Below, in pieces: positions 39,927-54,100 of a DNA stretch of 64,000 nucleotides. Source of the stretch: Ptychomitrium polyphyllum. Lineage: Eukaryota. Position numbers and translations under genes: made by a program. The stretch's first letter is position 1; every line of letters begins with the position of its first letter. The stretch is from contig OZ316776.1 in NCBI GenBank assembly GCA_973851085.1, positions 14,198,001-14,262,000 of the forward strand, written 5' to 3'. The notes beneath the pieces are model-generated. The model saw nothing but the letters and a program-made list of their open reading frames with translations. It was not told the origin of the DNA and did not search any database.

Positions 39927-42378
39927 GGCCATGATCATACTATTTTATTGTTGAGTTTGTTAATGCTTATGATACAAAGTCCAATTCACAATCAAAATCC
40001 TTTGCTTGTGAGTATTTTTCAAAGCTATCTTCAACATTTGCATTTGTAAATGAATCTAAAAATTATGTGGAATTATTTTATTTATTAGTTTTTAGTCTTC
40101 TTGGTATCATTTATTAAAATTAATGTAGTAATTTGTATGCTCATTTTACACTCATATGGTTCTATTTAAAAATTTAGTAATAAATGCAAGTATTGTAATT
40201 TTCACACACAATCCACACCTTCTAAAACACAAGTTAATTCATATGATGTATACATGTTAAAAAGAAAATTATATGAATAAGAAATATAATTATATTAAAT
40301 AAATTAGATTTCAAATTAGATTTTGCTTGGAATTGCATCATGGTATAAGTTCTTTATTGCTAGCTCTAAATTACACGCACCTAAGGTAAAACAATTCAAA
40401 AAATTCAAGTCACTTAAAAACAATGATAAAGAAGAATTCTATAGGAATCTAAAAGTATGCAAAGAAAGATCTAAATTGGAATAAATTTATGATTCTTGCC
40501 ATGGTCCAAGCAAAGAGTGGCAACTTATTTAAAGTGTTAAATTATGTAAGCTTAAAAGACTTGACAACTTCCAAAAGCTTGAAGTGAATGAAGATAATAG
40601 AGAAAGTTAATGTTACAAAGCAATCTCCTTACTTTAAATTGGAAATGACTTCAAGCACCATTGAAACATGTTCTTCTTCCATTGCAAATAAGTTGCAAAG
40701 TTCTATGGTAGAAAAAGAAATTATTCTTGATTACTTGGTTACCTTCAATATTGAAAACCTTCAAAGGCAAGAATACTTATTGTTGCAATTATTTCACAAA
40801 TAAATTTATGAAGAAATAAAAAATAGCTTTGTTACAAATAAGTTTTGATGGTAATTGTGTTAAAAGAATTAATCCATCTTACACGATATTTATTAAATTG
40901 AAAGATTTTAGTGTCCCAATTTATAATATTTTAGACTTTTTAAGATTAAAAACAAAAGTTTCAAAATGTACATTTTGTTCCAATATAACAAATATGAGAA
41001 TATGTTATTAGTTTTTTAATAGCTTCTAGTTCTTTAATGATCACCTCATGAGTTGTTTTTGTTAAGGTCTGTAACTACTAAGTAATCAAAGACTAGTAGT
41101 TTCTAAATGATAATAACTACAAAAAAAATAGCAGTTTAGACAAGTTTATAATTGATACTATCAAATAGAAGAGAAACGGTAGTTTAAAAGCCAAATTATT
41201 AAAATATTTTAGAACTTTTTAAATGCAAGAACATACATAAAAATTACAATTCACTAAAATATAATTGATGTATGGTCTCCTAGTTTGGAATGTACAAATT
41301 AATTAATAAAAAAATAAGATACAATACATCCTCAATTTTCTTGGTTGAGAGTTTAAATATTATTATGCACGTCCTATAATACTGGATCTACATCTCGTTG
41401 TCCAAACTAACATTCTAATACTATCATTTGGTAGTTATTGTTGGAGGCTGTTTGCTAGTTTCTCTAATGGATGTCCGCTAGTACCAATAAATGGCAATTG
41501 GTGAAGAAAGACTAGTAATACTGGGTATGATCCTTGGTAGACTGGTAATATTATTCTGCTTTTAAACTAAGTTTATTCCTAGAAATTGAAACAATAAACT
41601 ACTCTAACATATCATAAAGTTGAAGTTGCCAAGATGTTTGGCATACAAAAGGAGGAGCTCAGTTGGATGGAAATGAGGGATGGTAGCATGGTTGGTAAAA
41701 AAAAGAGAAGTTGTTGCCATTTAAGAGGTGTTAATAGATTGCTACCAGCAAGAAGATAAACGTTTGGTATTCTAAATTTAACACCAATTGTTGGAAGACA
41801 AAAAATGGTAAGTAAAGGACGATTAAATGTGCTTGGAATATTGGTTAAAGGTTGATTAAGGCCTATGACCAAACTATTGAAGTCATCTAATTTGTGGAGG
41901 CATTTGAAAGACAAAATAATCCATTAATGGATGATTGTCTTTTCCATCCAAAAAGCTTTGATAATAATTGTAAATAAAAACGTCCCACTTGTTAATAGTA
42001 ATGTACGTGGCATAAAAGCAGTGGTAGTTCATATTGCGTTGATTGTGCTCCTTCTGATACTCTATCTATCAATGAAGTACATGACTAGTATAAGCTTGTT
42101 GGTGATAAGTATACAATAGGCAGTTCTAAGAATACCTTTACTAAAGTTGTTTGGTTTGCTCAACTTGCCAAAGAATAACTCCCAAAATCTTTCCTCTAGC
42201 TCCCTGGCCCTTCTAACATATCCTACCCTCTATCTCAACCTTGTATTAGTTGCAATCACTTAAACCACACTTGGAACATTTCTTACAAGAATCTTAAAAG
42301 TCATTTTGCAAAACAACGCTACCAACCTTCTGTTGTTCATGAAGTTGAGTAGCTACCAATTCCTCCTATTAACAATAC

Positions 42379-43553
42379 AGTTACGGACATAGATTATGCA
42401 ACATAGTCCTTAAAACATTCTAGAACCTTCTAGTATATTATAATAGCTTTATAGAATACTTCTAAATGTCTCCATAGCCTTTCCATGTTTTCAGGAAGCT
42501 TCCTATAAAAGTCCCTCTACCTTAAAAATCTTCCTAAGAAGGCACCATCATTTCAAGTAATTTCTAAAAAACTTCCTCCAAAGATTCTATCATCTTAGAA
42601 AACTTCCTAGGAAGGTTCCATGATCTTAGGAAACTTCCTAGGAAAGTTCTACCACCTCACAAAAAAATTCCTAGGAAGGATCGACTACCTTAAGAAACTT
42701 CCTAGGAAAGATCTACCTCTTTAGGAAACTTTCTAAGAAGGTTCTGCTACCTTAAGAAACTTCCAACAAAGGTTCCAACTCCTTGGAAGCTTCTTAGGAA
42801 GGTTCCAACATCTTAGGAAACTTCTTCGGAAGGTTCTCTAGACTTCCAGAACATTCTTAAGCCTTGTAGGAAGCTTCTTTAGAAATATCCTAGGAGATAC
42901 AACCGTCATAGTATAAATAGGAGGCAAGACAAGGTATTCTTTAGTCTTGCCAACACAAGATGTGGATCATCTTGAATCCTGCCTTGTTCTAGTCTTTGTA
43001 TCAAGTTCTTGTTAATCATTAGCTCTTTGGAAGCTAATTCTTGGGAAATACTTTGTTTCTGCTTCTTGTTTCTTATGTCCGTAATAGTTTGGCAAGACTA
43101 CTCTTCATCTTTGTCAAAGCTAAGGTTCTTTGAAGAAGATTGTGGATTACCCATCTTCTTTAGGATTCCATAGCATCTTGGAGGTTGTGGATTACCATCT
43201 TCTAAGTTGGCACCATAGAGTTGGTTTCTCATTCTAGAATTAGGTACTACTTCTTTCAAAGGATGTACACTACCCTCCTTTGAAGGTACTCATAGTCTTT
43301 CTATCTTTGACAATCTTAAGAAATGGATAACGTGCTTGGAACATCAGAGAATAGGTTTGCAACTCAAGTGGGATTTGTGGCCACTCTTTTATCAAACAAT
43401 GCACTATCGTGGTTTGCACCCCTAATGGAGAAGTAGTCACCATTACTAAACAACTTAGGTGCTTTTATAGAAGCATTGACATTTACTTTTGGAGACACCA
43501 ATCGAGAGAGGGTGGCTGAAACAAGGATCCAGAGTCTCCAATAAGGATTACGT
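42379..43553 (+). mobile_element. Family B 5' LTR (~42379-43086), PBS, leader and internally deleted gag start
   Basis: Reverse complement of the family B LTR and leader; TATAAAT at 42912; gag fragment QVGFVATLLSNNALSWFAPL; truncated by family D. Confidence 0.88.
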
Positions 43554-45087
43554 TGTCGTGGTGAAAGTGATAGCCATAGGAAACACAGGGTCCTTTTTAG
43601 CATTTAATTGATCAAAGTCAAGATGCATGAAGAGTTTCTTTTTCTAACACCCAATGAAGCAATTATCCTATCCCAAATTTTCCCTCTACACTGCCTTGAA
43701 AATCCCAAATGCTAAATATGTCATAACTTCTAGCAAACTATTCTAAAGCACCTAATATTTTTTCAAAACCTTTTTTAAACATTTAATAGTCTATATACAA
43801 ATTTTGGTTGTCAATTCCTTAGTATCCTCTATGATCCGTAACTTCAAGGTTTACATTCTTCATTACTATAGCTCCTATACCCCTATCATTTTACCACTTC
43901 ATAACTCTTCTTTTATGATAAATTGAAACTTTGAACTTTGTGTACATAATACATATCTTGTAATAAATTCCTTATTAAAAGATCAACCTTAGAAAACCCT
44001 TCTATCATCTATAATGACCCAAGTTGTATAGCTCCAAACTCTATTGTACATTGCCTCATATGTCCCGGTTGCATTTCTCTTTGTATTTTTTTCTCAAAAA
44101 GTGCAGTGCTCACGAAAGTTTGACATCATCTTTCCAAAGTCACCAGAACTTTTTTCTAAGAATATTACTTACAAAAGATGTTCTTACAAGAAGTTATGAA
44201 CATTCAAACTAGCTGCCCTCAGAAACTTAAGGCAACAAACTTAACTTTACTCAAACTAAAGCCACGACCACATACTAACTCCAAATAGAGTGTGTGATGG
44301 CTTTTTGGAAAGCTTATATAGGAAAAAAAAAATCCAACAAGAACCAACTCAAACTAAGAAGTATACTATGAGATCTCACTCAAAGAAGGGTTGCCTTTTT
44401 ATTCTAGTGGGAGAAGCCAAGATAGAAGAAGAGGGCGGTGGTCAAACCGCCACATCCGCCCTTTATCTTTCCACATCATCTATATCACTCCACATCAGCC
44501 CCTAATCTCCTTTGTCAAATCCTTATCTAACCATATCTTCAAAATAAAAAACAACCTAAATCTCTTTCTTTTGGTTTTCTTTCTTTTCTTTTTTTTAGTT
44601 GAAACTTCTACGTTTCAACTACAAAGAAGATAAAATCAACCCTCACAAGTCCAAAATAGAAACTAAAAAAACTAAAATAAATTAAAACAAAGTAGGAAAA
44701 AGATTGAAATTCAACAAGAAACAAGTTAAGAATAAAACCATTGTCGATGTAGGTTCAAATACCAAGTCATGAATTTGGTTGACTAGATAAGTTTTAGTTG
44801 CTGAACCGGTCGATGTTTGATTCTTGTTGAATTTGTTGAGTAAAATGGCAGCACTTAACTTGATATTGTTAGCGAAAACGACAGGCAGGAGAAATTACAG
44901 TCAACCGGTCTAATCACCCTGAGCTAAGACAAGATGCGGTTCTAGCTCCAAGATAAACAAAAATTGTGGTTTCACCATGACCTTTATTTTAATCTAATTA
45001 ATTTTTTTTCTTAATATTCTTTTTCAAATACACCAAACAACAAATATTACTCAAGTTTTAAATTATACAATTTGTTACGTCATGACA
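43554..45087 (+). repeat. LTR-like repeat family D (~1.5 kb)
   Basis: Termini TGTCGTG...CATGACA; a second, inverted, internally deleted copy lies at 54959-55369; no coding capacity seen. Confidence 0.6.
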
Positions 45088-45119
45088 ACGGAGAAAGTTG
45101 AAGCATTTTATATATTTAA

Positions 45120-48100
45120 AATTAGAAAGCCTCTCTTCATTGGAGCTAAAGCATTTATGAGAGTAGCAAAAATTGGTGCTTCTTTTGCTGTGTATGCATT
45201 TCCATCGTCCAAAGTTATGGCTTCATCCTCAATAATTTTAAAAAGATATGAGGAGTTTAATAATGTATACGAAAGGAAAATTGCAGATAATTTACCAAAA
45301 CATTATTCTTATGTTTGTGCCATAGACCTCAAAAACGACACTCAGCCACTTTTGGACCTATCTATAATCTATCCCAAAATGAGCTTTCATCACTAAAGGA
45401 GTATATTAATAAAAACTTAGCCAAGAACTTCATACAACATTCAAAGTCTACTGCTGGTGCTTCGATACTTTTTATAAAGAAGAAAGATGGATCCTTACAA
45501 ATGTGTGTTGATTATTGCGGCCTTAATAAAATGAAGATGAAGAATTAATATTCATTGCCGTTGATATCTAGGCTTTTTGATCAACTTGGCCAAGCAAAGA
45601 TCTATACCAAAATGAACTTACAAAAAGCCTATAATTTGGTGCGCATCAAAGAAGGAGACGAATGAAAGACGGTTTTTTGAACAAAATATGGACATTTTGA
45701 ATACTATGTCATGCCTTTTGGACTTACCAACGCACCCGCCATTTTTCAGAACTTGATGAATGTCATATTTTGGGAGTGCCTTGATGATTTTGTTGTATGC
45801 TATCTAGATTATATCTTGATCTATTCAAAGAATCTAAAGGGACATGAATAACACAGTTGCATAGTCCTATAAAAACTACGAGATGCCGGTTTATATGCCA
45901 AGCCAGAGAAATGTGTATTCTACAAACCTTAGGTAGAATTCCTTGGTTATATCATGCCCAACAAAGGGCTATTCATGGATCCAAAGAAGATCAAAGCAGT
46001 TAGCGATTGGACAAGGCCAAAATTGATACGTGACATCTAATACTTTCTTGGATTTATAAACTTCTATAGGATCTTTATCAAAGACTATTTTTGAATAGTT
46101 ACACCACTTATGCAACTAACATGCAAAGAAATACTTGAGTTGAGATCCAATGTTGAGGATGCATTTCAAAGTTTAAAGCTAGCTTTTACCACAACTCCTA
46201 TTTTGGTATATCCAAACTTTTTAAAGAAATTTTATCTTGAGACAAATGCCTCTGACTTTGTATTAGAAGCAATTTAATCACAAACAGGGGGAAAAAGGAG
46301 ATTCCATCTGATTGCATTCCATTTGAGAAAACTTTCAGCTGCAAAAATCAACTACAAGATCCACAACAAAGAATTCCTTGCAATTATGGATTCCTTCCAA
46401 GAATGGCGTCACTTTGTAAGTGTGCCGCACATCTAGTGATTAAATATATAGATCATAAGAACTTGGAATATTTCATATTAGCTTGTGTTTTGAATTGCTG
46501 CCAAGCTTGTTGGAGTATGTTTCTATCTCAATTTGATTTTTGTATCACATATCAACTTGAAAAATAGCAAAGATTATCAGATGCTTTGTTAAGGCGATTA
46601 TATCTTGCGCTAAAAAAAAAAAGCGTAGCACACAATCAACAACAAGCAACTTTATTCAAACGTAAACGGTTTTGTATACGCACAACCACCATTTCAACTC
46701 CTGTAGATTCATTGTTTCTTGAAATGATGCTTGTAGCATCTACCAAAGACCTTCTTATTCTTTATATCAACCATCATTCCAACAAATTTTTTAAAGATGT
46801 ATCTAAGTTCAAGTTAGAAGACAACCTTTTCTACTTTCAAGAATGTCTATATATTCCTGAAGGACCAGTTTGCCTTTGTGTACTTCAAACATGTCATGAT
46901 TTTCCTGTGCCTCAACATTTTGGATTCAACAAAACCTCAGAAGTCTTTTCTCAAGACTTTTGGTGGCCTCAAATGTGAAAGGCCGTTAAGGAGTTTGTAT
47001 TCTTGTGTGATATATAATATTGGTCAAAGAACCCTTGACACCGTCTATATGGACTTCTCCAACCACTACCTATTTCAAGACAACCGTGGTCGTCTGTTTC
47101 AATGAATTCGTTACAAATCTTCTACCGTTAAATTCTTTTGATACCATCTTTGTTGTGGTAGACCAATTGACCAAGATGGTACATTTTGTACCTTGCAAGG
47201 AGACAATTACGAGTGAAGAGACTGCCACACTCTTCATGGATAATGTCTACCACTACCATGAATTATCCGACAATGTTATATTGGATTATGGACCACCATT
47301 TGTATCAAGATTTTGGAAGTTTGTCTTTGAAATCCTTAAGGTGGACATGAAACTTTCTTCTATCTTCCATCCTAAAACCAATGGCTAAATAAAACAAGTC
47401 AACCAGATCTTAGAGCAATATTTAAGGTGTACCATCAACTGCCAATAAGATGATTGGACTTCCTACTTGACATTGGCTGAGTTTGCCTACAACAACACCA
47501 CTCACGCTTCCACCCAACAAATGCCATTCTACTCCAACTATGGACATCATCCAAAGATGGATATGTTATAGCCTCCATAGTCTAAAAATCTAGCAGTAGA
47601 AGAATTTGCTACAAGAATGACAGAGCTTCAAACAACCATGAAGACTCAACTAAAAGAAGCTCAAAAAAAATACAAAACGGCAGTAGGCAATAAAGAAGGA
47701 ATAACCACCATTTTAAGTTGGTAAGAAGGTGTGGCTCCTTCAACGCAATGTAAGGACCAGTAGGCCATCTAACAAGTTGGACTATTGCAGATTGGGACCA
47801 TTTGCAATCAAAAAACAAGCCACGTGGCATAACGTTTGAAACTACTAACATCAATGAAGGTACATCCTGTCTTCTACGTTTCACTTTTGGAGGCTTGTAA
47901 GGAATCAAGTATCCTTAGACAAAGGCAGCTGCTACCACCTGTAGATGAAATTGATGATCATCATGAATTTGAAGTGGAAAAAATACTTGACTCATGGATA
48001 AGACATGGAAAGCTGGAATACTTTGTACATTGGAGCGGATATGACATTAATGAACGTACATAAGAGCTAGCTAATAATCTTGCTAATTCACCAGTAAAAG

Positions 48101-49165
48101 TTTGTAAAATCCATTGACAACATCCATCCAAACCAAAAGTAGCAATAGATGGAACAGTGGCTCGGTAAGGCTATATAATCTTGAAGGCTCTTGATGTTTG
48201 GGCTTTTAAGTAGAAGAAAAAACAATTCCTAGATCATAAGTATCCAAAGCCCCAAAGATGATTTAGAAATTAGTTGTTTGTATTTTGAAATTTGTCATAG
48301 TTTTTTGAAACTAACTCGATATATTAGACATGGACAGTTAAGATGCATATACCATGCTAATGGTGTCAATCCAACCAAGTGGCTCTTGTTGAAGACCTCA
48401 TGATGAAAAAGAAATTGGACCAAGAAGACATCAGAGGATACCCAATAATAGATTGTTGGTGATTGTTTTTGAAGTGGAACTAACTTATGAAGATTATCCA
48501 AAAGTTGTTTTATAGGATGCTTTCACAACAAAGATATGGAAGTTCATACTTGATTCCAAGTAGAAGATGTTGGACATTATCAGTGGTTATAAGGATTCAT
48601 GAACCATTTGAATTGAAAAGGCAACTGGAGTATGTTGTAGATACCATGCAACAAAGTTTTGACTTATTACGGCTTTGAGCATTTGTTGCTCTTTGAAAAC
48701 CTCGGAGCTAGAAGGGGAGGTAATACCATGGACATACATATTAGAAGCATCTTGAAAGGTTCTTAGAAGATTTAGGAAGCTTTCAAAGAAGTTGCTTTGA
48801 CTTAGGAAGCTTCTAAGGAACTTGCATCAGCTAAAGAAGCTTCCAAGGAAGTTGCCTTGGCTTAGGAAGCTTCCAAAGAAGTTACCTCGGCCTAGCAAAC
48901 TTCCAAAGAAGCAACTCACATTTGCTTGAGTACAAAGCAATATAGGTGAAGCTTCTCAAAAAGCTTCCAAGGCTTGTAATTCTAGTATATATAAGAATCA
49001 AGGCTGAAGAGCTCTTCAATCTGTACAACGCATCTCTAGTGGTCTAGCTTAGATTTTCTAGCCTTGTCTTTTATACCTTATTGTAGCTCTTTACCTCTAA
49101 TATACTTTGGACATATCTTGTTCTACATCCTAGAGCCTTGTCTTATGGTTACCCAGTTTGTAACA
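45120..49165 (+). mobile_element. Ty3/gypsy chromovirus family C, decayed pol plus PPT (~48710-48720) and 3' LTR (~48724-49165)
   Basis: [30 protein letters not shown] remnants, integrase, HPVFYVSLLE/EFEVEKILDS/YFVHWSGY chromodomain; AGAAGGGGAGG PPT; LTR ends GTAACA. Confidence 0.9.
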
Positions 49166-50690
49166 CCTATAAGAAAACATACAAATAAAACGACCATTGA
49201 AGAAGCTGGATTATCAAAGGCTAAAATCATTTGAAATCGATAAATAGATAAATTTGGTCAATTATCGCTTCAAACTACTACCAATTATGCAAATACATTC
49301 AGTGTCCCACGTATCGTTGTTAGAAATCTACAACAAGTCATGTATACAAGCAAAGGTTCTTTCGCTTCCTTCACTGGAAATCAATAATAAACTGGAGTAT
49401 GAGGCCAAAGGAATCTTAGATTCATGCATAGAAATGAACATGTGGAATACTTTATACATTGGCAAGGATATGGCATCAACAATCAAATATGGAAACCTTT
49501 CGATGAATATAATAAATACATTCAATAAGGTAAGCAAATTTCATCAAAGATATCTTCAAAAATAAGGTCACTAATGTTGTGTTATCAATAGCTGTTAGCT
49601 TCACGAAATAGATTTTCCTATAGGCAAGTATAAAACAGGAGGTAAGATATCCAAATTTCCAATTATATGCAATATTATTTCCAAGATATACCATCTTCAC
49701 ATCCTAGTTAGTAGGTCAAATCTTTGTATTATTATGGATATGTGTGAAGAGCAGAGACCGTGTCTTCTTCAATAGCAACACTTGTTGAACCAACTCAATT
49801 TTTTTAAGCTTCAATATTCGAGGATCTAAGCCATGACATGAGAGAGACCTTCCAACATTGAATACAACAATGTGTCGAAGCATTAGCTAGTTGCTTTTTG
49901 CATTATAATTTTAATTCAAATGCTTGAGCCCTAGTCATCTTGTTAAAAGTTGGAAGAGTCACTCCTGGAAGACCTAAGATCAAGTTTGGAGGATGTTTCG
50001 AAAGACTTAAAGAAGATCATTTCTTAGACTGGAACATTTTAACAACAAAAATCTTGGCTGGGAGTCCTTGGTGCTTCTTACAAGGTCTAGTTGGATCAAT
50101 TGAATCAGTAAAAAAAGAACAACAAGTAGAATATGTTGTTTTTCTTCTTTGATAAATTTGAAATTTGTAGAAATGTGTCAAACAAGCTACAAGAAGAGCT
50201 TCTCATGAAACTTGTTGCTAAAGGAGAAGGCGTTGTTACAGATATAGATCATGCAACATAGTCTTTTGGAACCTGCTAAAACCTTATGATGTGTTATTAT
50301 AATTTCTTAGAATATTTTCAATGTCTCCATAGCTAATTCTACCTCTTTGAAAAAATTAGAAAATTTCCTAGGAAGGCTCCAATTCCTTGGAAGTTTCTTA
50401 GGAAGGTTTTATTGGCTTAGAAAACTTCTTGGAAAGCTTCCATAGACTTCTAGAATATTCTTAAGTCTTGTAGAAAACCTCTTCAAAACTATCCTAAAAG
50501 ACGTAAGCGTTATAGTAGAAACAGGAGGCAAGACAAGGTAATACCTTAGTCTTGCCAACACAAGTTGTGGATCATATTGTATCATGCCTTGTTCTAATCT
50601 TTGTATCAATTCTTATTAAGCATTAGCTCTTTAAAAGTTAATTCTTGGAAAATACTTCGTCTTTGTTTCTTGTCTCTTGTATCCCTAACA
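49166..50690 (+). mobile_element. 3' half of an older family B element (B'): integrase end, chromodomain, 3' region, PPT, 3' LTR 50234-50690
   Basis: Diverged match to family B from CCTAT onward; IHSVSHVSLLE/LEYE. Confidence 0.82.
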
Positions 50691-51148
50691 GGTTGAGAAC
50701 AAAGCTCTCTTAGTTTGTATAGTATATATTCAACCTTGTACACACATTTTTTTGATAATTTTAAAGTGCACACGTGTTGTAGCAACTCTTCTTAACAAGT
50801 AATTTGTGTGTACTATTAGCTTATGGTCAATGCTTAGTTTAATTAAGCTATTGTATTGGTTGGACATATGTTTGCTTAAAATTTTGGATACTATAAGAGT
50901 AGAGTTGGTTCTTTGCTTATTTAAAGTGTAGAATTTTGAATTCCATTACCTGTTCTAATTGATCCTTCAAAGACCAGAAGGTTGCACCATTGTCTTACAA
51001 CAACTAAACAGAGCGGATAAATGTAATGAAACAAATCACAGTAGATCCCTACGGGCTGTTGCTCATAATAGGTAAGCATGTACATCTATTTGTCTAAGGA
51101 TTATCTAAAAAAATAACTGAAAAACAAACACAAACAACGTGTGCAATG

Positions 51149-54100
51149 AGTTAAGAATAAAAGAAACAAGAAGTAGAACCGAAGTGTTTCCCAAGAATTA
51201 GCTTCCAAGGAGCTAATGATTAACAAGAACTTGATATAAAAACTAGAACAAGGCAGGATTCAAGATGATCCACAACTTGTGTTGGCAAGACTAAGGAATA
51301 CCTTGTCTTGCCTCCTATTTATACTATGACGTTTGTATCTCCTAGGATACTTCTAAAGAAGCTTCCTATAAGGCTTAAGAATTTCTGGAAGTCTAGAGAA
51401 CCTTCCCAAGAAGTTTCCTAAGACGTTGGAACCTTCTTTAGAAGTTTCCTAAGGTAGCGAAACCTTCTCAAGAAGTTTCTTAAAGAGGTAGATCCTTCTT
51501 AAGAAATTTCCTAAGGTCATGGAATCTTCCCATGAAGTTTTCTAAGATGATTGAATCTTTGTAGGAAGGTTCCTAAGAAGTTACTTCAAATGATGGAGCC
51601 TTCCTATGAAGTTTCCTAAGGTGATGGAATCTTCGTAGGAAGGTTCCTAAGAAGTTACCTTAAATGATAGAATCTTCCTAGGAAGTTCTCTAAGGTGGAA
51701 GAACTTTCCTAGGAAGCTTCTTAAAAACATGGAAAAGATGTGGAGACATTTAAAAGTATTCTAAGAAGCTATTATAATATACTAGAAGGTTCTAGAATAT
51801 TCTAAGGACTATGTTGCATAACCTATGTTCGTGACATCACCTCCCCATTTAACAACGACTTCCATAAAGAGCTCGTTTCTTGGCTTGCTTGTTACATTTC
51901 TACAAATTCCAAAATTCGTCAAAGGAGTGAAGCAACATATTTTGCTTATTGTTCTTTGTCCACTGATTCAACTGGTCCTTGCAAGAAACGCTGATGACCA
52001 TCAGCCAAGACTTTTGTTGTTGAAATGTCCCATTCCAAGATCTGATCTTGATTAAGTCCTTCAAAACATCCTCCAAACAAGATGTTGGGTCCTCCAGGAG
52101 TGACTCTTCCAATTTCTAACAAGATGACTAGAGCGCAAGCATCTAAATCAAGACTGGAATGTGAAGGGCAACTAGCCAATACTTTTGTATGAGGTCGTAC
52201 TTGACATTGGAACATCCTTCGTGTATCTTGGCTTAGATCCTCCGTTATCGAAGGCTGAAAAAGTTGAGTTGGCTCAACAAATGCTGTTGTTGATGAAGGC
52301 ATGGCCGACTGCACTTCACGCATATCAGTGATAACACGAAGATTTGACATCCTAGCTAGGATCTAGAAATGATTTATCTTGGAAATAATGTTGCATACAA
52401 ATAGAGGTTTCGGATACCTCTCCCCTCTTCTTATACTTGGCTATGAAGGAAAAACTTCTTTGTGAAGCTAACGGCTGCTGATGACACATCATCACAGACC
52501 TGGTTTCTGAAGATATCTTTGATGAAATTCGCGTACATTCTTGGATGCATTTGTTACATTTGTTGAAGGTTCCCATGTTTGGTCATTGATGCCATATTCT
52601 TGCCAATGTATAAAATACTCCACACGTCCATTCTTCATGCGTGGATCTAAGATCTCTTCCATTCATATTCAATCTCATTATTGATTTTCAGCGGAGGAGG
52701 CGGAGGAACAACTCTCTCTGGTATACATGATTTGTTACAGGCTTCCAACAACAATATGTGGAATACTGGATGAATTTGCATGCTTGGTGGTAGCTTTAGG
52801 CAATAACTAACCGGATTTATCTGTTTGCTGATTTCAAACGGTCGCAACCGTTGATAGTCCAACTTCTTTGATGGTCTTTTTGTCTGTATATTTTGTCGTA
52901 GGAGCCATACGCTATCTCCAACCTTGAAATTTGGATGGTCCTTTTGATGGCAATCTGCATAAGTTTTGTAACGATCTTAAGCTTGTTGTAACTGGAAGGT
53001 AATTTCTTGATGGATTTTAGCAAGTTGAATTGCAAAATCCTTTGCAGTAGCACTTCCAACATGCTTCACTTGAAATGGATTTGTTCGATGATGATGGCCA
53101 TATTGTGCAAAGAACGGACTTTGAATTGTTGAAAAATGCACCATATTGTTGTAAGCAAATTCTGCCAAGGGCAAGAGATCCATCCAGCTGTCTTGCTGGT
53201 AGTTTATGCTACAACAAAGGTACCGCTCCAAAATTTGATTTACACGTTCGGTTTGGCCATCAGTTTGTGGATGGTGTGTTGAAGAAAGGTTGATCTTTAC
53301 ACGCAACAGCTGGAATAGAGCCCTCCAAAAGTTGGAAATGAACTGCGGGCCTCGATCGGATACAATATCATTTGGTAGTCCATGTATGCGGTAGACGTGA
53401 TTTAAGAACAACTTGGCAGTTTCTTCTCCCGTTACCGTCTTGTTGCATGGAATGAAATGTGCCATTTTGGTAAATCGATCCACCACTACCAAAATAGAAT
53501 CCTTAGAATCAGAGTTTGAAAGGTCCGTGATAAAATCCATTGACAAAGACAACCATGGGCCCTTTGGCACTGGAAGCGGATGGAAGAGACCATGAGGTTG
53601 GTATCTTGGTACCTTGGCTCTTGCACAAGTGTCGCATGATCGAACAAAGTCCTTTACGTATTTCTACATTTGTGGCCACCAATAGTCTCTTGCAATCAAC
53701 TCCATTGTTTTATTGAATCCAAAATGTCCTATTGCTGGAAAATCATGACGTGCTTGAAGGATCTTCAACCGCAAAGGGCCTGGAGGTAGGTACAAAAGTC
53801 CTTTATACTAAAATAGGCCCTCTTGGAATTCAAAGTCTTCATCGCTATTTGAAGGATCTCCATTGTCTTTGAAGCGCTTTCTTATATTTGAAACAAAGAT
53901 ATCATTCTTCAAAGCCTTCCAAATTTCATCAAGATGGAATGTTGTCGTAATAGTTGTTTCTTTTAATTGGAGATTCTTTGGCTTCAATAAAATAGTCCTT
54001 TGTTGATCCAAAACATCATCTCCAGATTGAAGAGCTAAATAAGATCTTCGAGATAAGGCATCTGGCTCACCTTATAGGCTATCAGGTCAATAGGTAATGA

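Noticed and set aside
40300..42350. Possible decayed transposase or other coding relic (Cys/Trp-rich fragments)
   Set aside because: Too many stops and no identifiable motif by eye
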